From an uncultured Flavobacteriaceae bacterium (GTDB lineage Bacteria; Pseudomonadota; Alphaproteobacteria; Micropepsales; Micropepsaceae), in contig CAZJOM010000013.1 of assembly GCA_964547645.1 (NCBI GenBank), positions 1,982 to 65,981 on the forward strand: a stretch of DNA of 64,000 bases, read 5' to 3'. The notes beneath the pieces are model-generated. The model searched no databases, was not told where the DNA came from, and saw only the letters and a program-made list of their open reading frames with translations. Each line of letters opens with the position of its first letter. Within the stretch, counting starts at the first letter, position 1. Both the position numbers and the translations under genes were made by a program. Below, in pieces: positions 8,255 to 18,416 of this stretch.

Positions 8255-9750
8255 TGGTCGGCGCCAACATCGAATTGCGCGCGGGCGAAGTTTGCGCGGG
8301 CTTCGAAGCGTAGCCCGGCACCAGCGTAGCGGCGGAGTGTTTGCGTCATGTCTTCGCCTTGGGCTTCGATCCAGCGCACGACCTCGGGCGCGGCGTAGGC
8401 GACAAGCTTTGTGCCCGGGCGCGCTTTGGCTTCGCGGGCGACGCGGCGGAGTAGTTCGGCGGCCACCGTCACTACCGTCCTGATACGCCCGTGGCCATGG
8501 CAGGGATCGCAGACTTCGGAGAAGAGTTTGGCAAGCGGCTCGCGGACACGTTTGCGCGTCATTTCGACGAGGCCGAATTCCGACATCGGCAGAATCTGCG
8601 TCGGCGTGCGGTCTTTCGAAACGCTGGCGGCGAGCACGGTCAGCACCTGCCCGATGTTCTCAGGCTCATTCAGGTGAATGAAGTCGATCACGATCAGGCC
8701 GCCGATACCGCGCAGGCGGAGTTGGCGGCCGATTTCGGCCGCGGCTTCGAGGTTCGTTCTGAGCGAGGTTTGCTCAAGCCCCGTCGCCTCGGTGTAACTG
8801 CCGGAGTTGACGTCGATCGAGGTCAGCGCTTCGGTCGTTTCCAGCGTGATCCAGCCGCCGGAGGGAAGCCGCACACGCGGCTGCAGCAGACATTCGATCT
8901 CGCCCTCGATGCTGTATTGATCGAAGAGTTCGCCGGGGCCGTTGAAGAGTTGGATCTTGTCGACCGCCTCGGGCATCGTGCGGGCGCAGTACGCGCGGGC
9001 TTGGGCGACGGCTTCGGCGTTGTCGATTAGGATGCGCGAGGTCTCGTCATCGACGCCGTCACGCATCGTGCGTTCGACCGGGTCGAGATCGTGGTAGAGC
9101 GTGGCGGGCACCTTCGCCATGTTGCGGCGCGCTTGGATGATGCGCCATTCGTCGCCGAGCCGCGCGATGTCGGAGGCGATGTCGTCGCGCGTGGCGGAAA
9201 GTGCGGCCGTGCGCACGATGTAACCGGCGCCGGCGGCGGCGCGCGGGTCGTTCGTGGCGACGTCGGTCATCAGCTCGGTCAGGCGTTTGCGTTCGTTCTC
9301 ATCTTCGATACGCCGCGAGAGAGCCACGCCCGATTGGTTCGGCACGAGCACGACGAGGCGGCCAGCAATCGTGACGTTTGCGGAGAGGCGCGCGCCCTTC
9401 TCGCTGATCGGATCTTTGATCACTTGAACCAGCACTGCTTCGCCTTCGCGGACGCATTTGGTGATGCAGGGTTGGTCCATGAAGCTCGGCAAGTCGGCGA
9501 GGCAGCGGGCTTCACGCGCGGCGAGGAAGCCTGCTTTCTCCAACCCCAAGTCGACAAAGGCTGCTTGCATGCCGGGAAGCACGCGCTGGACGCGGCCAAG
9601 CATAATGTTGCCGAGCAAACGATGGCCATGGCGGCCTTCGCGCGCGCCTTCGGCGGTGCGTTCGATGAATAGCTCGCTTAAGCGTGCTTCATCGACGAAT
9701 GCGACCCGCGTTTCGGCGGGGCCGACATTGATCAGAACTTCGGTAGCCAA
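8251..9750 (-). CDS. rng: Ribonuclease G (RNase E/G family)
   Basis: 499-aa ORF with N-terminal S1-like region (GNIMLGRVQRVLPGMQAAFVDLG) and RNase E/G catalytic core (TSIDVNSGSY, GGLIVIDFI). Confidence 0.9.
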   Translation of the reverse strand: MATEVLINVGPAETRVAFVDEARLSELFIERTAEGAREGRHGHRLLGNIMLGRVQRVLPGMQAAFVDLGLEKAGFLAAREARCLADLPSFMDQPCITKCVREGEAVLVQVIKDPISEKGARLSANVTIAGRLVVLVPNQSGVALSRRIEDENERKRLTELMTDVATNDPRAAAGAGYIVRTAALSATRDDIASDIARLGDEWRIIQARRNMAKVPATLYHDLDPVERTMRDGVDDETSRILIDNAEAVAQARAYCARTMPEAVDKIQLFNGPGELFDQYSIEGEIECLLQPRVRLPSGGWITLETTEALTSIDVNSGSYTEATGLEQTSLRTNLEAAAEIGRQLRLRGIGGLIVIDFIHLNEPENIGQVLTVLAASVSKDRTPTQILPMSEFGLVEMTRKRVREPLAKLFSEVCDPCHGHGRIRTVVTVAAELLRRVAREAKARPGTKLVAYAAPEVVRWIEAQGEDMTQTLRRYAGAGLRFEARANFARAQFDVGADQ

Positions 9751-9796
9751 GGCGATACCAAATGCGAAAGTTGCGATTGGGGCCAGCTTAGCAGGT

Positions 9797-10366
9797 TCAG
9801 ACGGCGCCGCATGCCTTAAGCAACTGAAAGGTTTCGGTTAGCGGCAAGCCAACCACATTGGTGTACGAGCCGTGGATCGCGCGAGCGAAGACAGCGGCGC
9901 GGCCTTGGATCGCGTAGCCGCCGGCTTTGCCCAAACCCTCGGCAGATTCGACGTAAGCGGCTATTTCTTGCGCATCGAGGCGGCGGAACGCGACTTTCGT
10001 TTCAACGATCCGCGTGCGGAGCTTTCCTGCTTGGTCAATAAGAGCGACTGCGGTCAGCACTGTGTGGCGGCGGCCGGAGAGCAGATTCAGACATTTCGTG
10101 ACGGTGGCGTCATCTTCTGCCTTGGGGAGAATTCGACGCCCGCACGCGACAACCGTGTCGGCGGCGAGGATGGCGCCCTTGGTTCGCGCGGCGACCGTTT
10201 GGGCCTTCTCCGTCGCGATGCGCAACGCATGCGGGCGCGGAAGTTCGCGCGTGCGGACGCTCTCGTCGATGTCGGCCGGCTCGACGCGCGCTGGCGTGAT
10301 GCCGATCTGCGCAAGCAACGCGAGACGGCGCGGACTGGCGCTGGCGAGGATGAGTTCGCTCCTCAC
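9797..10366 (-). CDS. maf: Maf-like nucleoside triphosphate pyrophosphatase
   Basis: 189 aa. LILASASPRRLALL..., ADTVV, KAGGYAIQG motifs. Confidence 0.9.
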   Translation of the reverse strand: MRSELILASASPRRLALLAQIGITPARVEPADIDESVRTRELPRPHALRIATEKAQTVAARTKGAILAADTVVACGRRILPKAEDDATVTKCLNLLSGRRHTVLTAVALIDQAGKLRTRIVETKVAFRRLDAQEIAAYVESAEGLGKAGGYAIQGRAAVFARAIHGSYTNVVGLPLTETFQLLKACGAV

Positions 10367-10448
10367 TTCGCTCGCTCCTTGTTGCAGGCGGCTCTGAACT
10401 CTTCAGAACGTGGGGCGGCCATCGTCGTGCGCCGCTTATCGCGCAACG

Positions 10449-10667
10449 CTATTTGCTGCGATAGACGATCCGGCCCTTTGTCAGATCGTAGGGGGTCATT
10501 TCGACGGTGACTTTGTCGCCGGCAAGCACGCGGATGCGGTTCTTGCGCATCTTGCCTGCCGTGTGCGCGACCACGATGTGTTCGTTGTCCAACTTCACGC
10601 GGAAGGTCGCGTTGGGGAGAAGCTCCACCACGGTGCCTTCGAAACTGAGCAATTCTTCTTTCGACAT
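10449..10667 (-). CDS. infA: Translation initiation factor IF-1
   Basis: 72 aa: [70 protein letters not shown]. Confidence 0.97.
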   Translation of the reverse strand: MSKEELLSFEGTVVELLPNATFRVKLDNEHIVVAHTAGKMRKNRIRVLAGDKVTVEMTPYDLTKGRIVYRSK

Positions 10668-10684
10668 TCGGTCCTTCAGAGGTC

Positions 10685-10768
10685 AGGTATCAGGTATTAG
10701 GTATCAGGGATCAGCATGGAGCCGGGCCGTGACGCGGCTTCAATTCGGATCCCTGATACCTGATGCCT
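10685..10768. repeat. Heptad-structured inverted repeat in the infA upstream region
   Basis: Left arm AGGTATC AGGTATT AGGTATC AGGGATC (10685-10712). Right arm GATCCCT GATACCT GATGCCT (10748-10768). 14 bp are perfectly complementary, extended imperfectly; the spacer is 35 nt. Confidence 0.9.
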
Positions 10769-10790
10769 GGGAAAGCCAAAAGCAAGCAAA

Positions 10791-11252
10791 TTAGGGCTCC
10801 GGCGCGGGGCGCGCGGCAAAGCGCTCCTTCAAAAAGCGGAAAATCGTGTCGCGGGCTTCGCGATATGCCGCAAGGCGTTGCTCGCGCGAGCCGTCATAGG
10901 CGCTGGGATCGGGCACTTTCCAGTACTCCACGTCGACCGCCATCGCGCGGGTGATTTCCAGCGCCCGGTGGCGCGCTTGGGGGCTTAGCGTGATGATCAG
11001 GTCGAACGATGTGTCGGCCAGCATCTCGAAAGACTTCGGATGAAGGTGAGAGAGATCGATGCCCAATTCTTCCATCACCTCGACAGCCAGCGGGTCAAGC
11101 ACGCCGGCGCGAACGCCGCAGGACTCGACGTACACGTGCACGCCGAAGAGATGCTTCATCAGCGCCGCCGCCATCGGCGAGCGAATGGCGTTGTGGGTGC
11201 AAGAGAACAGCACCGCGTCGGGCAGATCTTCGCCGTTCGGTCCGTGCGCCAT
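10791..11252 (-). CDS. Low-molecular-weight phosphotyrosine phosphatase / ArsC-like family protein
   Basis: Track ORF 10791..11447 trimmed to ATG 11252 (MAHGPNGEDLPDAVLFSCTHNAIRSPMAAAL). CTHNAIRS is the CX5R(S/T) P-loop. Confidence 0.85.
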   Translation of the reverse strand: MAHGPNGEDLPDAVLFSCTHNAIRSPMAAALMKHLFGVHVYVESCGVRAGVLDPLAVEVMEELGIDLSHLHPKSFEMLADTSFDLIITLSPQARHRALEITRAMAVDVEYWKVPDPSAYDGSREQRLAAYREARDTIFRFLKERFAARPAPEP

Positions 11253-11254
11253 CG

Positions 11255-11746
11255 TCAGACCTTGATATGCAACGCGCAGATCAGCGTGAAGAGACGCCGT
11301 GCGGTGTCGTGGTCGACGGTGATTTTTCCGGTTAGGCGATCGCGGAGGAGCTGTGAACCTTCGTCGTGAAGACCGCGGCGGCCCATGTCGATCGCTTCGA
11401 TCTGCGAGGGCGAGGCGCTGCGGATCGCTTGATAGTAGGTGTCGCAAACGACGAAGTAGTCGCGGATGACGCGCTTCAATGGCGTGAGCGAAAGCACGTG
11501 GGTCGCGTGGGTTTCACCGCTTTCGTGCGCGATGTGGAAGACGAGGCGGTTTTCCTGAATGCCGAGACGCAGCACGTAGGGGCCGCGATCGTCGCCGCCT
11601 TCGGGGGCGAAGTGGTTCTGTTCCAGCAAATCGAAGATGGCGATGCGGCGCTCATGCTCCACGTCTGGACCACGCGGTGCGATCGAGCCCTCATCCAGAA
11701 CAACGTCGACGAGGCGCGTGAGCGGCTTATCGGGCGTGTCCGTCAT
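11255..11746 (-). CDS. UPF0262 family protein
   Basis: 163 aa. ...[17 protein letters not shown]...[25 protein letters not shown]...[16 protein letters not shown]. Its ATG overlaps the hisD stop (ATGA). The hisD neighbourhood is typical for alphaproteobacteria. Confidence 0.85.
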   Translation of the reverse strand: MTDTPDKPLTRLVDVVLDEGSIAPRGPDVEHERRIAIFDLLEQNHFAPEGGDDRGPYVLRLGIQENRLVFHIAHESGETHATHVLSLTPLKRVIRDYFVVCDTYYQAIRSASPSQIEAIDMGRRGLHDEGSQLLRDRLTGKITVDHDTARRLFTLICALHIKV

Positions 11747-13035
11747 CGGTTCAATCGAATGCGGATGGAGTGCGCGTGGGCGGAGAGTCCTTCGGCATCG
11801 GCGAGCATGGCCGCGCTTTCGCCCAGTTGCGCGAGAGCGTCGCGCGTGCAGCCGATGATCGTCGTGCGCTTCATGAAGTCGAGCACTGAGAGGCCGGAGG
11901 AGAAGCGCGCGGCGCGTGCGGTCGGCAGCACGTGGTTCGGGCCGCCGACATAGTCGCCGATCGCTTCGGGTGTGTGGGCGCTGAGGAAGATCGCACCGGC
12001 GTGGCGGACGCGCGCGGCGAGCGCTTGCGGGTCGGCGACGCAGAGCTGCAAGTGTTCAGGCGCGATGCGATCGGCGAGTGCCGGGGCCTCGGTCAGCGAT
12101 TTCACGACGATGATCGCGCCGTGCGCATCCCAGCTTGCGCGCGCGATTTTCTGGCGCGGCAGTTGGGCGAGTTGGCGTTCGACTTCTTGGGCGACGGTTC
12201 GGCCGAAGGGTTCGTCGTCGGTGATCAGGATGCTTTGCGCGGCTTCGTCGTGCTCGGCTTGGGCGAGCAAGTCGGCGGCGAGCCAAGCGGGGTCGTTCGC
12301 TTTATCGGCGACGATCAGAACTTCCGAAGGGCCTGCAATCGAGTCGATGCCGACGTGACCAAAGACGTGGCGTTTGGCGGCGGCGACGTAGGCGTTTCCG
12401 GGGCCGACGATTTTATCGACGGGCGAGATCGTGGCGGTGCCGTAGGCGAGTGCCGCAATCGCTTGCGCGCCGCCGATACGGTATATTTCGGTAACGCCGG
12501 AAAGATCGGCGGCCGCGAGAACGAGCGGGTTCAGCTTGCCGTCTGGCGCGGGCGTGGCCGCGACCAGGCGCTTCACACCGGCGAGCCGGGCCGGGATAGC
12601 ATTCATCAGCACGCTGGAGGGATAAGCCGCGAGGCCGCCCGGAACGTAAAGGCCGGCGGCATCAACGGGCGTCCAGCGGGCGCCAAGGGTGACGCCGGTC
12701 TCGTCCGTGTACTGATCGTCACTTGGCTTGTGGCGAGCGTGGAAGGCTTCGATGCGGGCGGCCGCATGCTTCAATGCGTCGAGTGTTGCGGTCGAGACGG
12801 CCGCCTTTGCGGCGGCGATCTCTTGCGGCGTGACGCGGAGGTTGTTTGGGCCGAGATTGAAGCGGTCGAACTTGGCCGTGAAGTCGAACAACGCTTGGTC
12901 GCCGCGGGCTTGCAGGTCGGCAATGATGTTGGCGACTGCTTGCGACACGTCATCGGCCGTCTCGCGTTTCTGCGACAGCAGCGCCGCAAAGCGGGTGGCG
13001 AAATCAGGCGCGGCGGTGGAGAGGAGCGCGGGCAT
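11743..13035 (-). CDS. hisD: Histidinol dehydrogenase
   Basis: 430 aa. ...[15 protein letters not shown]..., QAEHDE, and [13 protein letters not shown] motifs. Confidence 0.95.
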   Translation of the reverse strand: MPALLSTAAPDFATRFAALLSQKRETADDVSQAVANIIADLQARGDQALFDFTAKFDRFNLGPNNLRVTPQEIAAAKAAVSTATLDALKHAAARIEAFHARHKPSDDQYTDETGVTLGARWTPVDAAGLYVPGGLAAYPSSVLMNAIPARLAGVKRLVAATPAPDGKLNPLVLAAADLSGVTEIYRIGGAQAIAALAYGTATISPVDKIVGPGNAYVAAAKRHVFGHVGIDSIAGPSEVLIVADKANDPAWLAADLLAQAEHDEAAQSILITDDEPFGRTVAQEVERQLAQLPRQKIARASWDAHGAIIVVKSLTEAPALADRIAPEHLQLCVADPQALAARVRHAGAIFLSAHTPEAIGDYVGGPNHVLPTARAARFSSGLSVLDFMKRTTIIGCTRDALAQLGESAAMLADAEGLSAHAHSIRIRLNR

Positions 13036-13038
13036 CGG

Positions 13039-13521
13039 CTATCCCAACGGCTCGTCCGCGACGTCGCCGTGGCCGGGCCGGCTTTTCGTGGGCCAGGGCG
13101 CGGAGATGTCGGTCAGCCAGACGTCGAGGCATTCGACATCGAGCTTGATCGCACCGCCACCGGCGAATGTGAGCTTCACAGCGCCCGCGAGTTCGCCGTT
13201 CGGTTCGAAGGCAACGGTTAGGAGTTCGCTGACCGCGCCTTTCGCGCCGAGTTTCAGGCCCTGGGTCTGCACGCGCTGGACAGCGTCGAAGTGGAGCGCG
13301 GAGCGCACACGGCGGTAGGGGGCGTTCTTGTCGGCCTTGGCGCTTTTGCCCTGCTCCGCTTGGATGTCTTCCCACATGAAGCGGTTGAACAGGATCGCGA
13401 AGCGGCGCTTGGCGGGCTCGTAACCCATGTCGCCCACTTGCGCGAGCGCATCCTGCAAATGGGCCGCAATGACGCTGAGGTCGATCGTATCGACGGCGCG
13501 AAGACGGAGGGCGGCGGTCAT
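13039..13521 (-). CDS. DUF2948 family protein
   Basis: 160-aa ORF (MTAALRLRAVDTIDLSVIAAHLQDA...RRFAILFNRFMWED). Lies between hisD and murA, as in many Rhizobiales. Confidence 0.75.
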   Translation of the reverse strand: MTAALRLRAVDTIDLSVIAAHLQDALAQVGDMGYEPAKRRFAILFNRFMWEDIQAEQGKSAKADKNAPYRRVRSALHFDAVQRVQTQGLKLGAKGAVSELLTVAFEPNGELAGAVKLTFAGGGAIKLDVECLDVWLTDISAPWPTKSRPGHGDVADEPLG

Positions 13522-13626
13522 GCGGTGCGGTCGCTCGGGTTCAAGAGTCGCGGGAAAGTGCAGAAAAGCGAGCGATTGTGCAAGCGCTCACTGCTGCTCA
13601 CGCGCGACGGCGCCGAACGGCGAAAC

Positions 13627-14913
13627 TCAACCCTTCACGCGCTTGATGTCGGCGCCCAAGGCCGAGAGCTTTTCTTCGATGCGTTCGAAGCCGCGGTCCA
13701 GGTGGTAGACGCGGTTGACGACCGTCTCGCCCTCGGCGGCGAGGCCGGCGATGATCAGGCTGACCGAGGCGCGGAGGTCGGTTGCCATAACTTGCGCGCC
13801 GCGCAGGCGAGGTACACCACGCACGGTTGCGGTTTGGTGTTCGATTGTGATGTCGGCGCCCATGCGCAGCAGCTCCGGCGCGTGCATGAAACGGTTTTCG
13901 AAGATCGTCTCGGTGATGTGCGACACGCCGTTGGCGGTCGCCATCAGCGCCATGAGCTGAGCCTGCATGTCGGTCGGGAATCCCGGGTAGGGTTCCGTCG
14001 TGACGTCGACGCCGGTGTAGTGCGCGCCGTTGCGCGAGACGCGGAGGCCGCGGTTCGTCGGCGCTATCTTCACGCCCGCGCCTTCGAGCAGCGGGATGAC
14101 CGCGCCGATCGTGTCGCCTCTGGCGCCGACGAGTTCGACTTCGCCGCCGGTCGCAGCGACGGCCATCGCATAGGTGCCGGTTTCGATGCGGTCCGGGATC
14201 ACGGTGTAGCTTGCGCCCTGTAGCCGATCGACGCCTTCGATGACGAGCGTGCGGGTATCGAGGCCGGAAATCTTTGCGCCCATCGCTTGGAGACAAAGGC
14301 CGAGGTCGGTGATCTCGGGCTCCATGGCGGCGTTTTCGAGAACCGTCGTGCCTTTGGCCAGGCAGGCGGCCATCATCAGGTTTTCCGTCGCACCGACCGA
14401 CACGAAGGGGAAGTTGAACGTGGCGCCGCGCAAGCCACCTGGGGCCTCTGCGATGACGTAGCCGGCGTCGATTTCGATCTTCGCACCCATGGCCTCGAGG
14501 CCCTTGATGTGCAGGTCGACAGGACGCGTGCCGATTGCGCAGCCACCGGGGAGCGAGACCTTCGCCTTGTGGCAACGCGCGAGCAGCGGGCCGATGACGA
14601 GGAAGCTCGCGCGCATTTTGCGCACGAGGTCGTAGGGCGCCTCCGTCGACGTGATGTTTTTCGCGTGGAGTTTCAGAACACGACCGACTTCGGCTTCCGC
14701 ATGACCGTTGCCGTTCATGGTGAGGCCAACGCCGAGGCCGCCGAGGATCGCAGCGAGCTGCGAGATGTCGGTCAGGTGCGGGACGCTTGCCAGTTGAAGC
14801 GGTTCGTCCGTCAGTAGGCTTGCGACCATGAGAGGCAGGGCTGCGTTCTTCGCGCCCGAGATGCGGACTTCGCCGTTCAGACGGCGCCCCCCGCGAATTT
14901 GAATTCTGTCCAC
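13627..14913 (-). CDS. murA: UDP-N-acetylglucosamine 1-carboxyvinyltransferase
   Basis: 428 aa. [27 protein letters not shown]..., [15 protein letters not shown] (active-site Cys), [14 protein letters not shown]. Confidence 0.97.
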   Translation of the reverse strand: MDRIQIRGGRRLNGEVRISGAKNAALPLMVASLLTDEPLQLASVPHLTDISQLAAILGGLGVGLTMNGNGHAEAEVGRVLKLHAKNITSTEAPYDLVRKMRASFLVIGPLLARCHKAKVSLPGGCAIGTRPVDLHIKGLEAMGAKIEIDAGYVIAEAPGGLRGATFNFPFVSVGATENLMMAACLAKGTTVLENAAMEPEITDLGLCLQAMGAKISGLDTRTLVIEGVDRLQGASYTVIPDRIETGTYAMAVAATGGEVELVGARGDTIGAVIPLLEGAGVKIAPTNRGLRVSRNGAHYTGVDVTTEPYPGFPTDMQAQLMALMATANGVSHITETIFENRFMHAPELLRMGADITIEHQTATVRGVPRLRGAQVMATDLRASVSLIIAGLAAEGETVVNRVYHLDRGFERIEEKLSALGADIKRVKG

Positions 14914-15047
14914 GCAACTGTCCCGAGGTGAGTCCGCAAATCACTTGCGGGTGAGCATATCGTGCGCACGCGTCCAGGCGCGCTCGAAAGTGAGGGCGAA
15001 GGTCTACCCCGGCGGTGGGGGCTAAACAATGGCGGGGATGCCAGGAT

Positions 15048-15236
15048 TCAGGCCGAATTTTTCCCGGATTCGGGCGGAATAGCGGCCGGGGTGGCGACGT
15101 TTGGTTCCGCTGGAGGCTGCAACTGCGCGCGGGCCTGGGCTTTGCGGCGCTTCAGATTGGCGCGCAGAGCGGCGGCCAAGCGTTCGGCCTTAGCCACGTC
15201 CGCGGCGGATCCATGCGGCTTTTGACGCTCACTCAT
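15048..15236 (-). CDS. Small basic hypothetical protein (62 aa)
   Basis: Track [41 protein letters not shown]... Only a weak GGTGA lies upstream and I recognise no family motif. Confidence 0.35.
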   Translation of the reverse strand: MSERQKPHGSAADVAKAERLAAALRANLKRRKAQARAQLQPPAEPNVATPAAIPPESGKNSA

Positions 15237-15312
15237 GCTTCACCGTTCCGTCAGGCCGGTTGGCCCTTTCAGCGCCTCGGATTATATCTCCGCCTCAAGA
15301 AGGAGCAAACAA

Positions 15313-15972
15313 ATGGCCATGTTCGGATTGAAGAAGAAGACGGTGATGCCTTCGGCGGCCGACGCGCTGCCGGGCCGGTCGAGCGAGATGCGCGTGCCGG
15401 AGAAGCATTATGTGTTCGACACGCCGTTGAAGCCGCCGTTTCCCGCCGGGCTGGAACTTGCGATGTTCGGGCTCGGCTGCTTTTGGGGGGCGGAGCGCAA
15501 GTTCTGGCAGCAGGAGGGCGTCTATTCGACGTCCGTCGGCTATGCCGCCGGGATGACGCCGAACCCGACTTACGAGGAAGTGTGCTCCGGCGGGACTGGG
15601 CACAACGAAGTCGTGCGCGTGGTGTTCGATCCGAAGAAGATTTCCTATGAGCAGCTGCTCAAGGTGTTTTGGGAGAACCACGACCCGACACAGGGCATGC
15701 GCCAAGGCAACGATATAGGGACACAGTATCGCTCCGGCATATATGTAACGAGCCCGGCGCAAAAGGCTGCCGCGGAGGCCTCGCGGGCGGCGTTCCAGAC
15801 AGCGCTGACCAAGGCCGGACACGGGCAGATCACGACCGAAATCCAGGACGCGCCGGCCTTCTACTATGCGGAGACCTATCACCAGCAGTACCTGGCCAAG
15901 AACCCGGATGGCTACTGCGGCCTGGGCGGTATGGGGGTCACCTGCCCGATCGGCAAGGGCGTGGCCGCGTAA
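15313..15972 (+). CDS. msrA: Peptide-methionine (S)-S-oxide reductase
   Basis: ATG 15313, preceded by AAGAAGGAGC, within track ORF 15235..15972. GLGCFWGAE active-site motif; [12 protein letters not shown]; YHQQYL. Confidence 0.95.
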   Translation: MAMFGLKKKTVMPSAADALPGRSSEMRVPEKHYVFDTPLKPPFPAGLELAMFGLGCFWGAERKFWQQEGVYSTSVGYAAGMTPNPTYEEVCSGGTGHNEVVRVVFDPKKISYEQLLKVFWENHDPTQGMRQGNDIGTQYRSGIYVTSPAQKAAAEASRAAFQTALTKAGHGQITTEIQDAPAFYYAETYHQQYLAKNPDGYCGLGGMGVTCPIGKGVAA

Positions 15973-16104
15973 CGGAAGACTGAAGACGGGGATCGGAAAG
16001 GGCGACGTTTGGCCTCTTTTCTGATCCCTGTTCTCTGTTGTTTGTATTCCGTCAGGCTCTTCCCTCCCCGTCCGGCGTGGGCTATAGGGACCGCCTCAGA
16101 TTCA

Positions 16105-16179
16105 GCTGTTGTAGCGTAGTGGTAGCGCAACGCCTTGGTAAGGCGTAGGTCGTGGGTTCAATTCCCACCAACAGCACCA
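16105..16179 (+). tRNA. tRNA-Thr (anticodon GGU), CCA encoded
   Basis: Manual cloverleaf: acceptor GCTGTTG/CAACAGC, D stem GCGT/GCGC, anticodon stem ACGCC/GGCGT with loop TTGGTAA, T arm GTGGG-TTCAATT-CCCAC, then ACCA. Confidence 0.95.
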
Positions 16180-16187
16180 TCCGTCGC

Positions 16188-16227
16188 GCGCCGCGAACCA
16201 ACATCGGTTTCGCGGCGCTTTTGTTTT
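16188..16227 (+). terminator. Rho-independent terminator after tRNA-Thr
   Basis: GCGCCGCGAA ... TTCGCGGCGC stem followed by TTTTGTTTT. It abuts the stop (16235) of the convergent small ORF. Confidence 0.7.
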
Positions 16228-16234
16228 CGGCGGC

Positions 16235-16441
16235 TCAGTCTTTGGCGAGCCAGGAGATGAGACGACCGAGGCGCAGGCTCAACACGATTGCGAAGGCCGC
16301 GGTAAACATGATCGCCGGAATTGGCGGCACGTAGGTGAGCAGCACGGCCCATACCGCGACAACCAGTACGATCGCAGCCAGCGTGAGCACCAGCGCAGCT
16401 GCCCACACTTTCACGCCGTACGTCACAGGTTCGAACTTCAT
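16235..16441 (-). CDS. Small two-TM membrane protein (68 aa) translationally coupled to the upstream transporter
   Basis: MKFEPVTYGVKVWAAALVLTLAAIVLVVAVWAVLLTYVPPIPAIMFTAAFAIVLSLRLGRLISWLAKD. Its ATG (16441-16439) overlaps the transporter TGA (16440-16438) as ATGA. It is part of track ORF 16235..16579. Confidence 0.5.
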   Translation of the reverse strand: MKFEPVTYGVKVWAAALVLTLAAIVLVVAVWAVLLTYVPPIPAIMFTAAFAIVLSLRLGRLISWLAKD

Positions 16442-17883
16442 GGCGCCGCGTTGCGTTCGGCGAGTTGGCGGAGGTTGTCTTCGTGGTCGGCGCGGTCGAG
16501 GCGGTAGAAGGCGATTGCGGTCATCATGGCCATCCAAAGCGATAGGATGATGGGGACGTAGAACGCGCCGAGGCGCCATACGACGTCGGCGGGCACATCC
16601 TCCGGCTTGACGCCTGCCTTAAGGCCCGCGAGTGCGAGGACCACTGTCGCCCCCATCACGCCTAGGCCTGAGACCATCTTGCGGATGAAGGTTGCGGCGG
16701 CGACAAATGTGCCCTCCGAACGGCGGCCGGTCTTTAGCTCGGACTGCTCCACGAGGTCCGCCATCATCGCGGCTGCGAGTGCCTGAAAGCAGATGATGAG
16801 ACCGACGTCGATTATGCCGGCGACGAGGACGAACAAATAAATGAAAGTCGGCGTGCCGGCTTCAAGCAGACCCATCAGCTTCAAGACGATCGGCATCGGC
16901 GCGCCCAGGAAGGCGATCATGCCGATGATCATGGCGCCTCGTTTCTTACCTATCGTGCGGGTGACAATGGGCGCCATCACGGCGCCGATTATGGCGGACA
17001 GGAAGACGCCGAGCGTCAGGCCGCCGATTTGGAGCGGCGTGAACTTCCAGAAGTAGGTCGAGATGTAAAACGCGAGCGCGGCGGACATGCCGGCGCCGAT
17101 CGCGCCGAAAACGTTTGCCACGAACAGCGCCACGAACGAACGGTTCGAGAGCGTTTCGAAAACTTCCTTAAAGATCACGCGGACCGTCAGGTGGCGCTTC
17201 GGCGGGGGCGACTTGAGATACGGGATGCGCGAATGCGTGCCTAGCGCGGAGGCGAGGATCGAGAAGCCGATAAGCCCGGCTGCGATGATGCCATAGGCCG
17301 CGTAGGCCTCGCGGTTGAACTGGCCCGTCGTCGTCGCCGTCGCAAAGGCCGGGAAGAGCACAAGGAACATCATCACCGACATCGCATTGCCGCACATCCA
17401 GGCGAAGAAGAGCCGCCATGAGACCAGAACGGAGCGTTCGTCGTAGTTCGCCGTGAGTTCCGGCGTGAGCGCCGAAGACGGCGTTTCGTTCAAGGTGATG
17501 AAAGTGCGGATCAGGATCGCAAGCGAGAGCAAGTACCAGAACAACGCTTCGTTCGACCAACCTGTCGGCGGGTCCCATAGCAGGTAGTACGTCGCGGCGA
17601 CCGGAATCGCGGAGGCGTAGAGAAAGGGGTGGCGCCTGCCCCACTTCGAATGAAGATTGTCAGACCAGTAGCCGACGATCGGGTCGGTGATTGCATCGAA
17701 GATCAGCGCGAGCGAAATCGCGAGCCCGACCAAGCCTGCGTCCACGCCAATCACCTGGCTGTAAAAAATCAGCAGGAAGTAGGCAAAGCCTCCATCCTTG
17801 ATGCCGTATGCAGCGGCGCCGAAGCCGTAGGCGAGTTTGGTCCACAGCGGGAGTTTGTCAGTCGCGGGAACAGCTTTTTGCAC
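16438..17883 (-). CDS. MFS transporter, GPH (glycoside-pentoside-hexuronide:cation symporter) family
   Basis: 481 aa, about 12 TM. LAYGFGAAAYGIKD..., DAITDPIVGYWSDNLHSKWGRRHPF is the typical GPH/MelB-like loop motif. Confidence 0.85.
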   Translation of the reverse strand: MQKAVPATDKLPLWTKLAYGFGAAAYGIKDGGFAYFLLIFYSQVIGVDAGLVGLAISLALIFDAITDPIVGYWSDNLHSKWGRRHPFLYASAIPVAATYYLLWDPPTGWSNEALFWYLLSLAILIRTFITLNETPSSALTPELTANYDERSVLVSWRLFFAWMCGNAMSVMMFLVLFPAFATATTTGQFNREAYAAYGIIAAGLIGFSILASALGTHSRIPYLKSPPPKRHLTVRVIFKEVFETLSNRSFVALFVANVFGAIGAGMSAALAFYISTYFWKFTPLQIGGLTLGVFLSAIIGAVMAPIVTRTIGKKRGAMIIGMIAFLGAPMPIVLKLMGLLEAGTPTFIYLFVLVAGIIDVGLIICFQALAAAMMADLVEQSELKTGRRSEGTFVAAATFIRKMVSGLGVMGATVVLALAGLKAGVKPEDVPADVVWRLGAFYVPIILSLWMAMMTAIAFYRLDRADHEDNLRQLAERNAAP

Positions 17884-17980
17884 GCGTGGATCCTTTGGTG
17901 GCCTTCGTACCTACCATGGAATCCGCGCTTTGCTAGACCGTTGCCGTCGGCAAGGTCACTTGACGCGATGCTGCAAACGC

Positions 17981-18008
17981 AAAAAAACGGCCGAGGGTCA
18001 CTCGGCCG
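17981..18008 (-). terminator. Rho-independent terminator of the beta/gamma-crystallin gene
   Basis: On the minus strand: CGGCCGAG-TGACC-CTCGGCCG followed by TTTTTTT, 25 nt after the stop at 18033. Confidence 0.8.
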
Positions 18009-18032
18009 CTTTCGAATGTCGCTCGAACTAAG

Positions 18033-18416
18033 TTACCGCGGCTTCGGCGGAGGCGGCGGCGGAAGGGGCACCGGATAAAGCGAGGATACTTGGCCCAAGA
18101 TCTTCAACCGGCTCAAGTTCTTTTCCTTGTCGTGCACGCGGACGCATTTGCCCATGAAGTTTCGGTGCTCGCACAGCACCCAGTCGCGCCCCTTAATTTG
18201 AACGCTGGAGATCACGTCGTTGAACTGTAGCTTGGCGAGGCTGGGTACCGACTGCTGGAACGTTAGAGCGCGGCCCTTAAAATTCGGCTGGTCAAAAACC
18301 GTGATAGCGGTCGGTTGGGGCACCGTCGGCGCTACAGAGAACACGGGCTGCGCAAGCGCGGCGCCGGCGGCGACGAGCGCTGCGACGGCAGTGGCTGCTG
18401 TAACAAACTTCGACAT
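18033..18416 (-). CDS. Secreted single-domain beta/gamma-crystallin family protein with Pro-rich tail
   Basis: Track ORF 18033..18605 trimmed to ATG 18416; GGAG upstream. Signal peptide MSKFVTAATAVAALVAAGAALA. Two Greek-key motifs: VFDQPNFKGRALTF...ISSV and LCEHRNFMGKCVRV...VSSL. Tail is PVPLPPPPPPKPR. Confidence 0.7.
   Translation of the reverse strand: MSKFVTAATAVAALVAAGAALAQPVFSVAPTVPQPTAITVFDQPNFKGRALTFQQSVPSLAKLQFNDVISSVQIKGRDWVLCEHRNFMGKCVRVHDKEKNLSRLKILGQVSSLYPVPLPPPPPPKPR

Noticed and set aside
11932-13221. 429-aa plus-strand ORF antisense to hisD
   Set aside because: Shadow ORF in high-GC DNA. It is Gly/Arg/Asp-rich with no recognisable domain, and hisD on the other strand is unambiguous.
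13598-14944. 448-aa Arg/Pro-rich ORF overlapping murA in another frame on the same strand
   Set aside because: The composition (runs of R, P, H, G) is typical of off-frame translation of high-GC coding DNA. The murA frame carries all the family motifs.
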